63,397 bases of DNA, filler included, from Octopus bimaculoides (GCF_001194135.2; 4 parts of 4 records of this genome joined end to end with filler, not necessarily neighbours in it), one strand, 5' to 3'. Shown: positions 49,291-61,920, counted from the first letter of the whole stretch. Notes: generated from the sequence alone by a model not told the origin. A program made the numbers and translations.

Positions 49291-49935
49291 ATTGTTTATA
49301 TATATNNNNNNNNNNNNNNNNNNNNNNNNNNNNNNNNNNNNNNNNNNNNNNNNNNNNNNNNNNNNNNNNNNNNNNNNNNNNNNNNNNNNNNNNNNNNNNN
49401 NNNNNNNNNNNNNNNNNNNNNNNNNNNNNNNNNNNNNNNNNNNNNNNNNNNNNNNNNNNNNNNNNNNNNNNNNNNNNNNNNNNNNNNNNNNNNNNNNNNN
49501 NNNNNNNNNNNNNNNNNNNNNNNNNNNNNNNNNNNNNNNNNNNNNNNNNNNNNNNNNNNNNNNNNNNNNNNNNNNNNNNNNNNNNNNNNNNNNNNNNNNN
49601 NNNNNNNNNNNNNNNNNNNNNNNNNNNNNNNNNNNNNNNNNNNNNNNNNNNNNNNNNNNNNNNNNNNNNNNNNNNNNNNNNNNNNNNNNNNNNNNNNNNN
49701 NNNNNNNNNNNNNNNNNNNNNNNNNNNNNNNNNNNNNNNNNNNNNNNNNNNNNNNNNNNNNNNNNNNNNNNNNNNNNNNNNNNNNNNNNNNNNNNNNNNN
49801 NNNNNNNNNNNNNNNNNNNNNNNNNNNNNNNNNNNNNNNNNNNNNNNNNNNNNNNNNNNNNNNNNNNNNNNNNNNNNNNNNNNNNNNNNNNNNNNNNNNN
49901 NNNNNNNNNNNNNNNNNNNNNNNNNNNNNNNNNNN

Positions 49936-49996
<61 letters not shown>

Positions 49997-50779
49997 TACC
50001 GAGCAAAAGTCTTCGGCCACTTTAAACTATTGTAAATTTCTAATTTTCAACTTATAATTAGATATTGCACATTGCGTTTTTACAGATGAAACATTGGTCC
50101 TGTTGGAGTCATTTCCATACCTAATCCTTACATTTTGTAGTAGGGGTTCTGAATGAGAGGAGAATATGCGAAACGACACCAAAAATGGCCGTGCAAAAGT
50201 TTTCGGTCATCTCACATAATCCAAACAATATACAGTGTTTTAAAAGAGAAAAATGTCTATAATAGAAATTATTACATAATGTTCATTTCAAGAATTTACT
50301 GTACATTGCTAATATTTCGTGTTGCTTCTCTTAGCTTGCATAATTGCTTCAATGTGCCTGAGGAGAGATGCGTACTAATTATTTACCACATTCACAGGTA
50401 TGAGACGCGATTCTTTGTGGCTGAGCTCCCACAACTCTTCAAGATTGTGTAGATTCTTCTGATGAACTTTTTCTGTTTAGTTCTGTCCACATTTACTCGA
50501 TGATATAAAAGCGCTGGGCAGTGATCTGTATAAATACAAACTTGTTATCAGTTCAATATGTTTGACACATATCCGAACCCATAAGAAAGCCTGTTTGGTT
50601 AAGAATCACTGCTAACTGAACTGGTGTGTTTACACCAATCTATCTACAGTGACAGATTTTCTCCATGACAAAATGCAGTGAATTATTTTCTCACGGCTTC
50701 GAATATTTATAAAGCCAAGATGTAAAGATAACAAAAGACAAAGACAGGTGAGTGAACAAGCAAGTGTATTAGTTTGACG

Positions 50780-51480
50780 CTTGGGACGAAAGGAAATGTT
50801 TTTGGCGTTTCGAATTTATTTCGAACTTCATGCAATAAAATTCTTAAATAATACAGTCCTCCTGCTTTTTGTGTGACGACATAAATACAACCAAGTGTTT
50901 CCTCTTTGAAAACGTTCAAATGGCCTTCAATATTTTTCCTCGCTTTCTTCTCTGCCATTCTTTGTTACTGCTGTTCCAAATGAAATACATGGATAATTCA
51001 GCATAAAGTAATATATTTGCAAAGTCATTATTCATGCATAAAAAAAAAAGAATTCTGTCAATGTTTTTCTCATATGACGTTCTTTGACAGTCATATATAT
51101 CCTCATTATTTCTGAGCAATAATCTTTGTATATCTGGTATATGAACTTGCAGTTTGACTATTGCAGGTATTCTTTCATGAAATCAACATCCTGAAATGAA
51201 TGCAACTGCTTCGGATGGTCCAATATACCTACTCATTGGGTATTAACTAATTTCATTATCATTGTTTATTTGAACAGCAGCTTGGTCATTTCTTGTCAAC
51301 GTGTACTTGCTTAATTGACCTCACTGAGGCAACGATTTCAACGCTGCAAATGGCATTTGAATGCTCTTTAAAGAGTTTCATTATAAGGTACAACCGATTT
51401 GTTGTTTGTTTTTCCATTCCTATGAGATTCAAATCCTCCCATTGTAACTGATCTTGGTCTATGAAGAGATAGTCCCTCTG
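50780..51480 (-). mobile_element. Helitron RepHel fragment
   Basis: LFFLCMNNDFANILLYAEL..WQRRKRG and TLGCIYVV..YYLRILLHEV. Confidence 0.8.
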
Positions 51481-51857
51481 CCTTTTTTTCTGCCTTTTTT
51501 TCTACCTTTTGATTAAGATGATAATAATTAATATTTTATTTTAAATATAATAACACTTTACCCCTTTAAAGAAAAAAAATTAAGTACCGCGGATCCCAAA
51601 AATATCTCATAGAATATAGGGCAAATTTCTATCTTGCAGTCCACAGCATTCCGAAACTTGTATAAATTATTAACAGAAAAAAAAAGCAAAGTAAGAAAAA
51701 AGGACGGACGGCGGTAGCTGCGATGACACTTTGATGTATACCTCCGCAAATCAACATTTTCAACTTGATTCTTTTTACTTAGATGGGGGGGGGGAAATGA
51801 CTATTTTATTTGTAATCTTTATCATCTTAATCAAGCGGCAAGAAAGCAAACTTTGAG

Positions 51858-51906
<49 letters not shown>

Positions 51907-51922
51907 TACATACATACATACA

Positions 51923-51954
<32 letters not shown>

Positions 51955-52474
51955 CATATGATACAAAATATTCTACTTTCTTACTTTATTACTCTAATAT
52001 ACATTTATATTGAGTAAGCTAACATGATCTTAGTACGCATATATGCAAATAGCTGACACTAATCAGTTAATTTGCACTGGCACCAAATATACACACTAAC
52101 TTTCACAGTACTCTACATTCTCACCATAAACAACTGTAACTATAAATTTATCGTACGCATAAGATGCAAACGCGTGAAGACTGAGTGTTTATCCATATTT
52201 AAACAGAAAACAAAAAATAACAAAAATAAAAAGTCTCCAATAGTATTACAACTGCATATTTCCAAACGTACAAATGCATCAACGTATCGACAAAACATCA
52301 ATACAATTTAACATGAACGGCCATATATAAATTCAGATAGTCAGGATAAGGATAAAGAGAACGGGAAAGGTTAATTAAAATTTAACAGCATGTGCCAGTT
52401 GCAAGGACATTGTGGTGCTGTTTGTTTCCTATAGCGCGATTTCTTCTAGTGTGTATCTTAGTATACACACAAAC

Positions 52475-52526
<52 letters not shown>

Positions 52527-53278
52527 TTGATTTATGGTTGATTCATATATATATTAGCAAATGCAAATATGATAACAGACACCCTGAATAAGTTAAAAAC
52601 TTAGAACGTCATTGAACCTAGCAAACTACCGAAATGCAATTTCTTTTTACTTTTTTTTTTCTACCCTCTCATAACATTTGTAATAACTTTGGCAGCAGTA
52701 TGCGCATTTTAATTTCTTCAGCAATGAAAATTGTCGTCTAACATTCGATTTCCAATCTATAACCTAATTCAAATTAGGCTTACAACCACATTTCATGCTA
52801 CTTCTGATCAGCAATTTTCTATATGGGATTTGACAAAATATGAACCTATTTCCAATACTCTTTATAGCCGAGAGTTGTATTTTTATAAAAATGTACTCAC
52901 ATAATATCTACCTATCAGGGCATAAATAAATTCAGTTGCTTATTTTACCATTTGTTTTTCTCGCAATAAAACGCCAGCGACTTTAAGGTGGAAAAAGTGT
53001 ATCCATCTTACCTTACATTCCAAATGATACTTATGTGATATTCAAAGTGAAATAACGATTTCTATGATTTGAATTTTACTTAATGTTACTCTATATAAAA
53101 CCGTGGATCTTAGTACAATTCACTTTAAACTCGATAGAAGCATATCGATATTGAATCTCGATATACTTGTAACTTTGAAAATGTATAAGACCTACAAACT
53201 AACTTTTTTTCTTTTTCGTTTGTTATATACTCTAAAAAAAGGAACAAAATCATATATAGAATTGTAAAAACTTCTTAC

Positions 53279-53381
53279 AAGTTGGGTGGTGAGGTTGATG
53301 ATAATATGACCAATGCAGGGCAGTTGTTGATCCAATGACTGCAAGCAGAGCAGAGGCAATGATGATTACAATGTTGGACAT
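53279..53381 (-). CDS. Signal-peptide first exon of the galaxin-like gene
   Basis: MSNIVIIIASALLAVIGSTTA/LHWSYYHQPHHPT plus 1 nt, donor GTAAGA at 53278. Phase 1 matches both downstream terminal exons. Confidence 0.8.
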
Positions 53382-53437
53382 GACGTTCCCTATTTTCTTC
53401 TCGAATCCAAGTTCACTTTGATATGCAGCGAAAAGCA

Positions 53438-53445
53438 TTTATATA
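53438..53445 (-). promoter_or_regulatory. TATA box
   Basis: TATATAAA about 60 nt upstream of the ATG at 53381. Confidence 0.6.
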
Positions 53446-53694
53446 TCTTCCTAAAAATTAAAACGTAGGACTAGGTAAACTAAAGTTCCCAGATTTTTAC
53501 TTGCATATCTTGTTCACGATTTAATGCATGAGAATATTTCACGGATGTGCTGTAGAAAAAAACAAAGAATGCATTCATTAAATAATAAAATCCAGCATAG
53601 ATAGGAAAAATTTAGAAGTAAAATACACTCTGAATGGTGTGAAGTGTAATTATGATGCAATGCCTTTTGATGTCATTGTCATTAGTAGCGATTT

Positions 53695-53746
53695 TGTTGT
53701 TATTATTTTTATTATTGTTATTATTATTATAATTATTATTATAATA

Positions 53747-53777
<31 letters not shown>

Positions 53778-53806
53778 TTATTATTATTATTATCATCATT
53801 ATTATT

Positions 53807-53851
<45 letters not shown>

Positions 53852-53858
53852 GTCATCA

Positions 53859-53902
<44 letters not shown>

Positions 53903-53905
53903 GTT
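53695..53905. repeat. Compound (ATT)n(ATC)n(ATT)n microsatellite
   Basis: Read directly from the sequence. Confidence 0.95.
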
Positions 53906-53929
53906 CAGTAGTTTTATTTTTATAACGTG

Positions 53930-54095
53930 CTTTCACTTCACTACCGAGCGCAGCTCTGTGCGCCTTTGGTATGTGCTGTGGTATGCTGTGATGCTCTTAT
54001 GGTTACTGTATTGAAAGTGTTTTGCGTAGAATGTGTGCAGTACCCAGTAGTGCAATTTTCTGTATGTTATATATATTTGTAAGTCCTGGTGTTTT
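53930..54095 (-). mobile_element. R4/Dong-like LINE 3' end
   Basis: IQKIALLGTAHILRKTL followed by a trinucleotide tail. Confidence 0.7.
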
Positions 54096-54850
54096 NNNNN
54101 NNNNNNNNNNNNNNNNNNNNNNNNNNNNNNNNNNNNNNNNNNNNNNNNNNNNNNNNNNNNNNNNNNNNNNNNNNNNNNNNNNNNNNNNNNNNNNNNNNNN
54201 NNNNNNNNNNNNNNNNNNNNNNNNNNNNNNNNNNNNNNNNNNNNNNNNNNNNNNNNNNNNNNNNNNNNNNNNNNNNNNNNNNNNNNNNNNNNNNNNNNNN
54301 NNNNNNNNNNNNNNNNNNNNNNNNNNNNNNNNNNNNNNNNNNNNNNNNNNNNNNNNNNNNNNNNNNNNNNNNNNNNNNNNNNNNNNNNNNNNNNNNNNNN
54401 NNNNNNNNNNNNNNNNNNNNNNNNNNNNNNNNNNNNNNNNNNNNNNNNNNNNNNNNNNNNNNNNNNNNNNNNNNNNNNNNNNNNNNNNNNNNNNNNNNNN
54501 NNNNNNNNNNNNNNNNNNNNNNNNNNNNNNNNNNNNNNNNNNNNNNNNNNNNNNNNNNNNNNNNNNNNNNNNNNNNNNNNNNNNNNNNNNNNNNNNNNNN
54601 NNNNNNNNNNNNNNNNNNNNNNNNNNNNNNNNNNNNNNNNNNNNNNNNNNNNNNNNNNNNNNNNNNNNNNNNNNNNNNNNNNNNNNNNNNNNNNNNNNNN
54701 NNNNNNNNNNNNNNNNNNNNNNNNNNNNNNNNNNNNNNNNNNNNNNNNNNNNNNNNNNNNNNGTGGTGGTGGTGGTGGTGGTGGATTTTGTGGTGGTGGT
54801 GGTGGTGGTGGTGGTGGTGGTGATGATGATGACTTTTATTAAATAATAAG

Positions 54851-55050
54851 GCGCGCTAGCAGAATCTTTAGCACGCCGGGTGAAATGCTTAGCGATAATT
54901 CGTCTGTTGCTACGTTCTGAACTTATATTCCACCGAGATCGACTTTGACCTCTATCTTTTCGGGGTCGATAAATCAAATACCAGTAAAACAGTGGGGTCG
55001 ATGAAATCGACTTGTCCCCTCCTCAAACTTTCAGGCCTTGTGCCTATAGA
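54851..55050 (+). mobile_element. SINE (second octopus family)
   Basis: AAGGCGCGCTAGCAGAATC..GTTCTGAAC..CTTTCGGGGTCGATAAA, followed by an (ATT)/(ATC) tail. Confidence 0.8.
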
Positions 55051-55057
55051 AGTAAGG

Positions 55058-55153
<96 letters not shown>

Positions 55154-55157
55154 GTCA

Positions 55158-55219
<62 letters not shown>

Positions 55220-55319
55220 NNNNNNNNNNNNNNNNNNNNNNNNNNNNNNNNNNNNNNNNNNNNTTAATTAATTAANNNNNNNNNNNNNNNNNNNNNNNNN
55301 NNNNNNNNNNNNNNNNNNN
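55220..55319. other. Assembly spacer N44-TTAATTAATTAA-N44
   Basis: 12-mer at 55264-55275 with 44 N on each side. Confidence 0.92.
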
Positions 55320-58245
55320 TCATGGAGTAGAAGAGGTTAGGAAGGGTCAAGTGGTGAAGACATTGTTTCAGCCTAGCTAAAGGCATCTGGAAAATATTAA
55401 ACTGCTGTCAGAGAAAAACTATTGTTCCACCGTGGGAAAAGTTCTGTTAGTGTTGATTTAAATTTGGCTATGGTGGATCGAATCCACTTCATGCATGCAA
55501 GATCCACGATATAGGATATCCCACATGACCTCTCTTGGTACACTGTTGAAAGCTTTTTCCAAGTCGTAGAAGATGAAAAAGACAGGTTTCTGCTGCTCCC
55601 GGCTCTTCTCCTGGATCTGACATGCACAAAAGATCATGTCGATGATACCTCTTGACCTTCTGAAACCACACTGTGACTCAGGAAAGACTGACTCAGCTAC
55701 CACTTGGAGACATTGTAACAAGATTCGAGCGATGATCTTGCTTGCGATTGAAAGCAGAGAGATGCCACGATAGTTACCACAAAGGCTCCTATCCCCTTTC
55801 TTGAAGATGGTGACAATGACTGCATCTTTGAGATCTTGTGGAATGTTTCTTCTCCCAGATTTGCAAAATCAGCATGAAAAGTCTTGCCCTAAGAGCAGAT
55901 CCACCCGCTTTGAGGAGTTCAAAGGAAATGTTGTCGGGTCCGGGAGCTTTGTTAGGTTTCATTTGATTGAAAGCGGAATTGAATTCGATATGGGAGGGGG
56001 GACGTGACAATTCTGGTCTGACAGGGTGTTGAGGAATGTTCTTCAGCGGATCTTCAGAAGCAGTGGACGGGCGATTCAGCAAGGCTTCGAAGTGTTCTTT
56101 CCAGCGATGAAGAATCCCATCCTTCTCGGTGATGACAGTTGAGTTGTCTGCCGTTTTCAGCTGGGATGTTGATGATCTTTGGGGACCGTAGATTTCCTTG
56201 GTTCCAGCAAAAAAGTTTCTCATGTCACGGCTGTCAGCAAAGGATTGGAGTCGGACAGCTTTAGCTTGCCACCATTGTTTCTCGATCTTGCGAATCCTTC
56301 TTTGGCAGAGTGACTTGGCTTCCTTGAATCTGGCGAGTTTCGTGGACCATGAGGGGTTGTTCAGATATTCAATGAGTGCCAATCGCTTACCATCAACCAG
56401 GGTGGAGATTTCAAGACTGTTTGAGTCGAACCAGTCTGCACGGGATCGCTTTTGGAAACCGATGTTCTCTCTCGCAGATTTGGTGATGATGTTCTTAAGT
56501 GTAGTCCACTCTGCGTTGGGATCAGAGCTATCACATGGGGGGGTTTCCATTTAACTGCTTTTCAACAGACTCTTGAAAAAGACGGACCCTCTGGAGGTCT
56601 CGGAGGGCAGTGGTGTTGTACTTCCTCCTGGAAGGTGGATTTGATCTTGGGGGGAATGTCTTCTTCAGAGTCCATATTATCCGTGTGACAACCAGACGGT
56701 GGTCGGTCCAACAGTCGTCAGCAGACAGCATAGAACGGGTGATCAGAACATCCTTGAGATCACATTGTCTTGTGATGGCATAGTCTAGGAGGTGCTAATG
56801 CTTGGATCTGGGATGTTGCCATGTGGTCTTGAAGCGGTTCCGTTGCCTGAAGAAGGTGTTTGTCACAGCAAGTTGGTGTTCATAGCACAGTCCAAGAAGA
56901 TGTCCATTTGCATTGGAGTTCCTGACTCCAACTTTCAAGACAACCTTCTCCCAAAGATGATGGTCTTTGCCAACCCTTGCATTGAAGTCACCCAGTAGGA
57001 GGATTTTATCTGAACTGGGGACAGCTGTGAGTTGTTGGTCGAATTGATGGTAGAACTCTTTCTTTATATTGTCCTCAGCATCCAGTGTTGGAGCATAGAT
57101 GGAAAAGATGGTGATGAAAGAAGATGTTGAGAGGGGAATTCGGATGGACAGGATTCTCTCCGTGATGCAGGACGGAGTCAGATTGAAGGATTTTACGAGT
57201 TTTATCTTGATTGCAAAACCCACACCGTGCATATGAGGTTGGCCATGCTCCTTTCCTTTCCAGAAGATCGTATATCCGGAACCTTGTTCTTCAAGTGAGC
57301 CTTCCCCTAAGAGCCTGGTTTCACTCAGAGCTGCGAGGTTCACATCGAAACAGCTCAGTTTGTGTGTGACGAGGGATGTTCTTCTGGCAGGTCGATTTGT
57401 CTTCTTGTGATCCAGAAGTGTCCGAACATTCCAAGTAGCAAAGTTCAGTACAGTATTTCGGCTGCAGAATGGGTGACCTGCTAAATGCAGCTTTCCAGCC
57501 GGGTAGAGTTGTGGCATCCGATGTTTAGCACACCTTTTCTAGGGCCTTCCTCATTCGAGGTGGACTGCGGGAATCCTAAATAGGCCAGCCCAGTCACGAA
57601 CATAGCTACCGCCCAACAGAGTTGACGCAAGGTCTCTGATTGAGTGGTCATCACATGGTCACCACCTACGTGTAGGATCGGGACTAGAGACTTCCAGCTC
57701 CACCAGGGCCTGTCCCCGTTATCCGTAGCCCACCGCCATAGGACTTGGGGCGGGGGGTAGGAAAGGGAAGAAAATAGCACTGGATGCCATGGCGTGATTT
57801 TGTTTAAGGTGTCCACTCACTTGGCTCAGTGGATGTCATCAGTGACACCGTGGAGGAGACTTACTGACTTTGACCTGTGAGTTGCAGCAAGCTGCCGTCG
57901 ATCAGTTCTTTTAGGCCATGCCTTGCTGTAGCCAGCCCGCTTGGCATAGCCTTCTTCCGCCGTCACAGCCATTGAGAGACATAGATGTTGCTTCGTCTGC
58001 CTGATCAACCGTTGAGGACTTGATGATTCCTTCTCGTAGCCTTAGCCTAAAGAGGCATCCTGCAAGGCAGCAGAGGAGTATCCAATTTTTACCCATTGGT
58101 GGGGCCCTAACAGGTGCTACCACTCCGGGCCTGAGCGGACCTGGGAGAAATGGCAACTAAGGGGTGTTTCCACGCTCCCCATAACTCCTGTACTCCCGAA
58201 CTGGAGCTTCACCTCCGGTTGCAGTTTTGTGTCTTACCCAGGACA
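55320..58245 (-). mobile_element. RTE-clade LINE with 5' UTR, endonuclease and most of RT; 3' end cut by the join
   Basis: ORFs 56795-57517 (ATWNVRTLLD..LSETRL..HGVGFAI..LGDFNARVG), 55789-56550 (KAPGPDNI) and 55458-55721 (PESQCGFRRSRG..DLEKAF). Few lesions. Confidence 0.93.
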
Positions 58246-58249
58246 CGAT

Positions 58250-58515
58250 TGTCAATTACAACACTATAAACTGCCTATGTGAAAAGAGCTATACTGGCTC
58301 CAACTAACTTCAAGAGTTAACAAGATACATCAGAAATGACTTTTCCATCAATTCACACAACAGTCGATCAAGATCAGGCTGTTCAATACCCTGCTGAATT
58401 TCTGAACACAATTAAACCCAATAGGATGCCACCACATAACTTCACACTAAAGTTGGGTGCTCCCATTATGTTTCTTAGGAATTTTGACCCACCTTGCCTG
58501 TGTAATGGAAATGGC
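58250..58515 (+). mobile_element. Helitron Pif1-type helicase fragment
   Basis: QYPAEFLNTIKPNRMPPHNFTLKLGAPIMFLRNFDPPCLCNG. Confidence 0.85.
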
Positions 58516-58534
58516 TTACCTATCTCTATAATTC

Positions 58535-59190
58535 TGTCTTAGACTTTAGCTGGCCGAAAACCCTTATTTCGCAAAATTCTATACCATTCAATATTTTATG
58601 TGTCTATGCAACAGAAAGCCCCAAACCTACCTCTCCATTCTCCCTCGTGCTGGCATAACCCCCCCCNNNNNNNNNNNNNNNNNNNNNNNNATCTGTCTCT
58701 TTTGATATCTGCTTTTCTCTGTCTCTCGATCCCCCTCACTCGCAATCTCTCTTCTCTTCTCCTACCTATTTGCATTGACCCCTTGCTTCGTCCACCAGGC
58801 CTATAAAACTATAGCGTGAGCAACGAACTCCTCACTTGTTCATAGAACCACTGCCGAATTAATTACGACCATAGAAGCATGTACAGATAAGTTCTGTCAT
58901 TCTCGCCTGTATTGTACTTTTCTGTGTATTTTTGCCCTGATTCGTAATATCTTATTAAGTGCTCAAATTCATTTTCAGTAGTCCCTAACGATGTCGCCAA
59001 ACTCATTCATTTATTCAAGTTTTTCAGTTTTAATTTCCTCACACAGTCACCTATTGTCTTGGACTTTAGCTGGCCGAAAACCCTTATTTCGAAAAATTCT
59101 ATACCATTCAATATTTTATGTGTCTATGCGACAGAAAGCCCCAAACCTACCTCTCCATTCTCCCTTGTGCTGGCATGTCCCCCCCACCAC
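58535..59190 (+). repeat. Direct repeat of at least 130 bp, period about 520 bp
   Basis: 58535-58666 is near-identical to 59055-59190. Both copies end at or near gaps. Confidence 0.85.
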
Positions 59191-60073
59191 CACTGTCTCT
59201 TTCNNNNNNNNNNNNNNNNNNNNNNNNNNNNNNNNNNNNNNNNNNNNNNNNNNNNNNNNNNNNNNNNNNNNNNNNNNNNNNNNNNNNNNNNNNNNNNNNN
59301 NNNNNNNNNNNNNNNNNNNNNNNNNNNNNNNNNNNNNNNNNNNNNNNNNNNNNNNNNNNNNNNNNNNNNNNNNNNNNNNNNNNNNNNNNNNNNNNNNNNN
59401 NNNNNNNNNNNNNNNNNNNNNNNNNNNNNNNNNNNNNNNNNNNNNNNNNNNNNNNNNNNNNNNNNNNNNNNNNNNNNNNNNNNNNNNNNNNNNNNNNNNN
59501 NNNNNNNNNNNNNNNNNNNNNNNNNNNNNNNNNNNNNNNNNNNNNNNNNNNNNNNNNNNNNNNNNNNNNNNNNNNNNNNNNNNNNNNNNNNNNNNNNNNN
59601 NNNNNNNNNNNNNNNNNNNNNNNNNNNNNNNNNNNNNNNNNNNNNNNNNNNNNNNNNNNNNNNNNNNNNNNNNNNNNNNNNNNNNNNNNNNNNNNNNNNN
59701 NNNNNNNNNNNNNNNNNNNNNNNNNNNNNNNNNNNNNNNNNNNNNNNNNNNNNNNNNNNNNNNNNNNNNNNNNNNNNNNNNNNNNNNNNNNNNNNNNNNN
59801 NNNNNNNNNNNNNNNNNNNNNNNNNNNNNNNNNNNNNNNNNNNNNNNNNNNNNNNNNNNNNNNNNNNNNNNNNNNNNNNNNNNNNNNNNNNNNNNNNNNN
59901 NNNNNNNNNNNNNNNNNNNNNNNNNNNNNNNNNNNNNNNNNNNNNNNNNNNNNNNNNNNNNNNNNNNNNNNNNNNNNNNNNNNNNNNNNNNNNNNNNNNN
60001 NNNNNNNNNNNNNNNNNNNNNNNNNNNNNNNNNNNNNNNNNNNNNNNNNNNNNNNNNNNNNNNNNNNNNNNNN

Positions 60074-61251
60074 NAGGGACCTTCCCTTTGTGGCTGGTGA
60101 CTTCAATGGTCATGTTGGACAACATTCAGGGGGCTTCTATGGCATACATGGCGGCTATGGTTTTGGTTCCCGCAACGAGGAGGGAACCAGGCTGCTGGAG
60201 TTCTGTGATGCAAATGACCTTATGGTCTGCAATACTAACTTCAGGAAACCTGCCAGTCACCTAGTCACCTACCGTTCAGGCAGACACACTAGCCAAATTG
60301 ACTACATCCTCACCAGGAAAAGGGAAAGATGGCTGCTTATAAATGCCAAAACCTTCCCAGGCAAAGAATGTACCCCACAACATAGACTAGTAGTTTGTGA
60401 CTTCAGGATCAGGGCTAAGTGGTTGACTAGAAGACGACAAGCTTGGAGGAGAAGGGTCTGGAAGCTCAAAGATCTTGCGAATGGACAGAGATTTAGAGAC
60501 GTATTACTCGAAGCCTTTGGCGAAATAGAGGGGGATGTAGCTTCACACAATGTAGAAGACAACTGGATGTTTCTACTGGACAACCTGCTGAGGGCCACTG
60601 ACCAGATCTGTGGGTGGTGCAAAGTCCCCTCTCGACCAAAAATAATGTGGTGGTAGAACAATATTGTCGACAGGGCAATTAGGGAAAAGAAACAGGCCTG
60701 GAAGGACTGGAAGAACGGTGGTAGCAGGAAATTTATCAGACTGCCAGAAGGGAAGCTAGGCAACAGGTTTATTTAGCCAGAGGGGAGGCAGATAAGAAAA
60801 AGTTTCCCAATGTTCTGTGCCGTGAGGACCAAAGACTTAAGGTATTTCGTATTGCAAGACAGTGTGTGAGAGAGAATCGTGATGTCGTGGGAGAGAAATG
60901 TGTTCCCATGGATGATGGTATGCTTGCACTAAATGAGGCTGCAAAGAAATAGGTTTGGAGACGCCACTACGAAAGATTGCTCAATAAAGAGAAGTCTGCC
61001 AAATGTCGACCCAACTGAGGGACCAGCTATCCGAGTTGACAGTACCTTGGTAGATAAAGCAATTAAGAGTATGAAGACAGGGAAGGCCCCCAGCCCATCA
61101 GGAATCACTGCAGAGATGCTCAAAATATCTGGCAGTGTCGGCTATAGCCTAGTCACCCGTATTGTTAACCAGGTGATACACAAAGGAGTTATATCCAATG
61201 ACTGGTGTAGCAGCACCATAGTCAACTGCTACAAAGGTAAAGGTGACACAT
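60074..61251 (+). mobile_element. RTE-clade LINE (endonuclease C-terminus to RT start), same family as 3231-5792
   Basis: VAGDFNGHVG..YGFGSRNEEG..NTNFRK..SQIDYIL..QHRLVV. 60606-61250 parallels 3232-3815. Confidence 0.92.
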
Positions 61252-61351
61252 NNNNNNNNNNNNNNNNNNNNNNNNNNNNNNNNNNNNNNNNNNNNTTAAT
61301 TAATTAANNNNNNNNNNNNNNNNNNNNNNNNNNNNNNNNNNNNNNNNNNNN
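61252..61351. other. Assembly spacer N44-TTAATTAATTAA-N44
   Basis: 12-mer at 61296-61307 with 44 N on each side. Confidence 0.92.
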
Positions 61352-61650
61352 TGGAGGCGGTGGCGGGGAGACGGGAGGAGAGGATGAGGTCATGGATAGT
61401 GGAGGACACAGTCTGTTGGTAGCTGGGCGTGGGGTCGGAGGACAGAGGGCGGTAGAATGAGGTATCTCGAAGTTGGCGGAGAGCTTCAGCCTTGTAGTGG
61501 TCCACGCGCCATACCACCACGGCTCCACCCTTATCAACCGGTTTTATGATGATGTCTGTGCGGCGTCGGAGGGATCGAAGGGCTGAGAGTTCGGCTGGGG
61601 AGATGTTGAATCGAGAGGGACGCCTGAAAAAGTTAAATCGGTCCACAGCG
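61352..61650 (-). mobile_element. PLE RT N-terminal fragment
   Basis: NISPAELSALRSL..IIIKPVDKGGAVVVW..Y..EALRQL.D..Y..L..DPT. Confidence 0.88.
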
Positions 61651-61667
61651 CGTTGGCAGGCGATATA

Positions 61668-61689
<22 letters not shown>

Positions 61690-61703
<14 letters not shown>

Positions 61704-61920
61704 TGTATTTGTGTGTCTGTGTTTGTCTCCCCACCATCACTTGATGACTGATGTTGGTGTGTTTACATCCCTGTGACTTAGCAGTTCAGCAAAATAAACT
61801 TATAGAATAAGTACTAGGCTTACAAAGAATAAGTCCTGGGGTTGATTTGTTCGACTAAAGGCGCTGCTCCAGCATAGCCGCAGTCAAATGACTGAAACAA
61901 GTAAAAGAATAAAAGAACTT
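61690..61920 (+). mobile_element. SINE 3' body
   Basis: Reverse complement of the body at 7607-7810 and 47600-47815. Confidence 0.8.

Noticed and set aside
50350-50415. Hammerhead-like CTGAGGA...GAGACGCG
   Set aside because: The GAAA core is mutated and stems I and II could not be paired.
53639-53911. Poly-Ile and poly-Met ORFs as membrane proteins
   Set aside because: They are translations of (ATT)n/(ATC)n microsatellites.
57500-57610. HDV-like ribozyme in the RTE 5' UTR (CACCTCG and GCTAA motifs just before the ORF)
   Set aside because: I could not build consistent P1, P2 and P3 pairings by hand. An RNArobo or Infernal search on the family consensus would decide it.
20762-60656. Long ORF-track entries full of X, or of YI/CV/HT/II/MM runs
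   Set aside because: These are read-through of N gaps and of di- or trinucleotide microsatellites, not genes.
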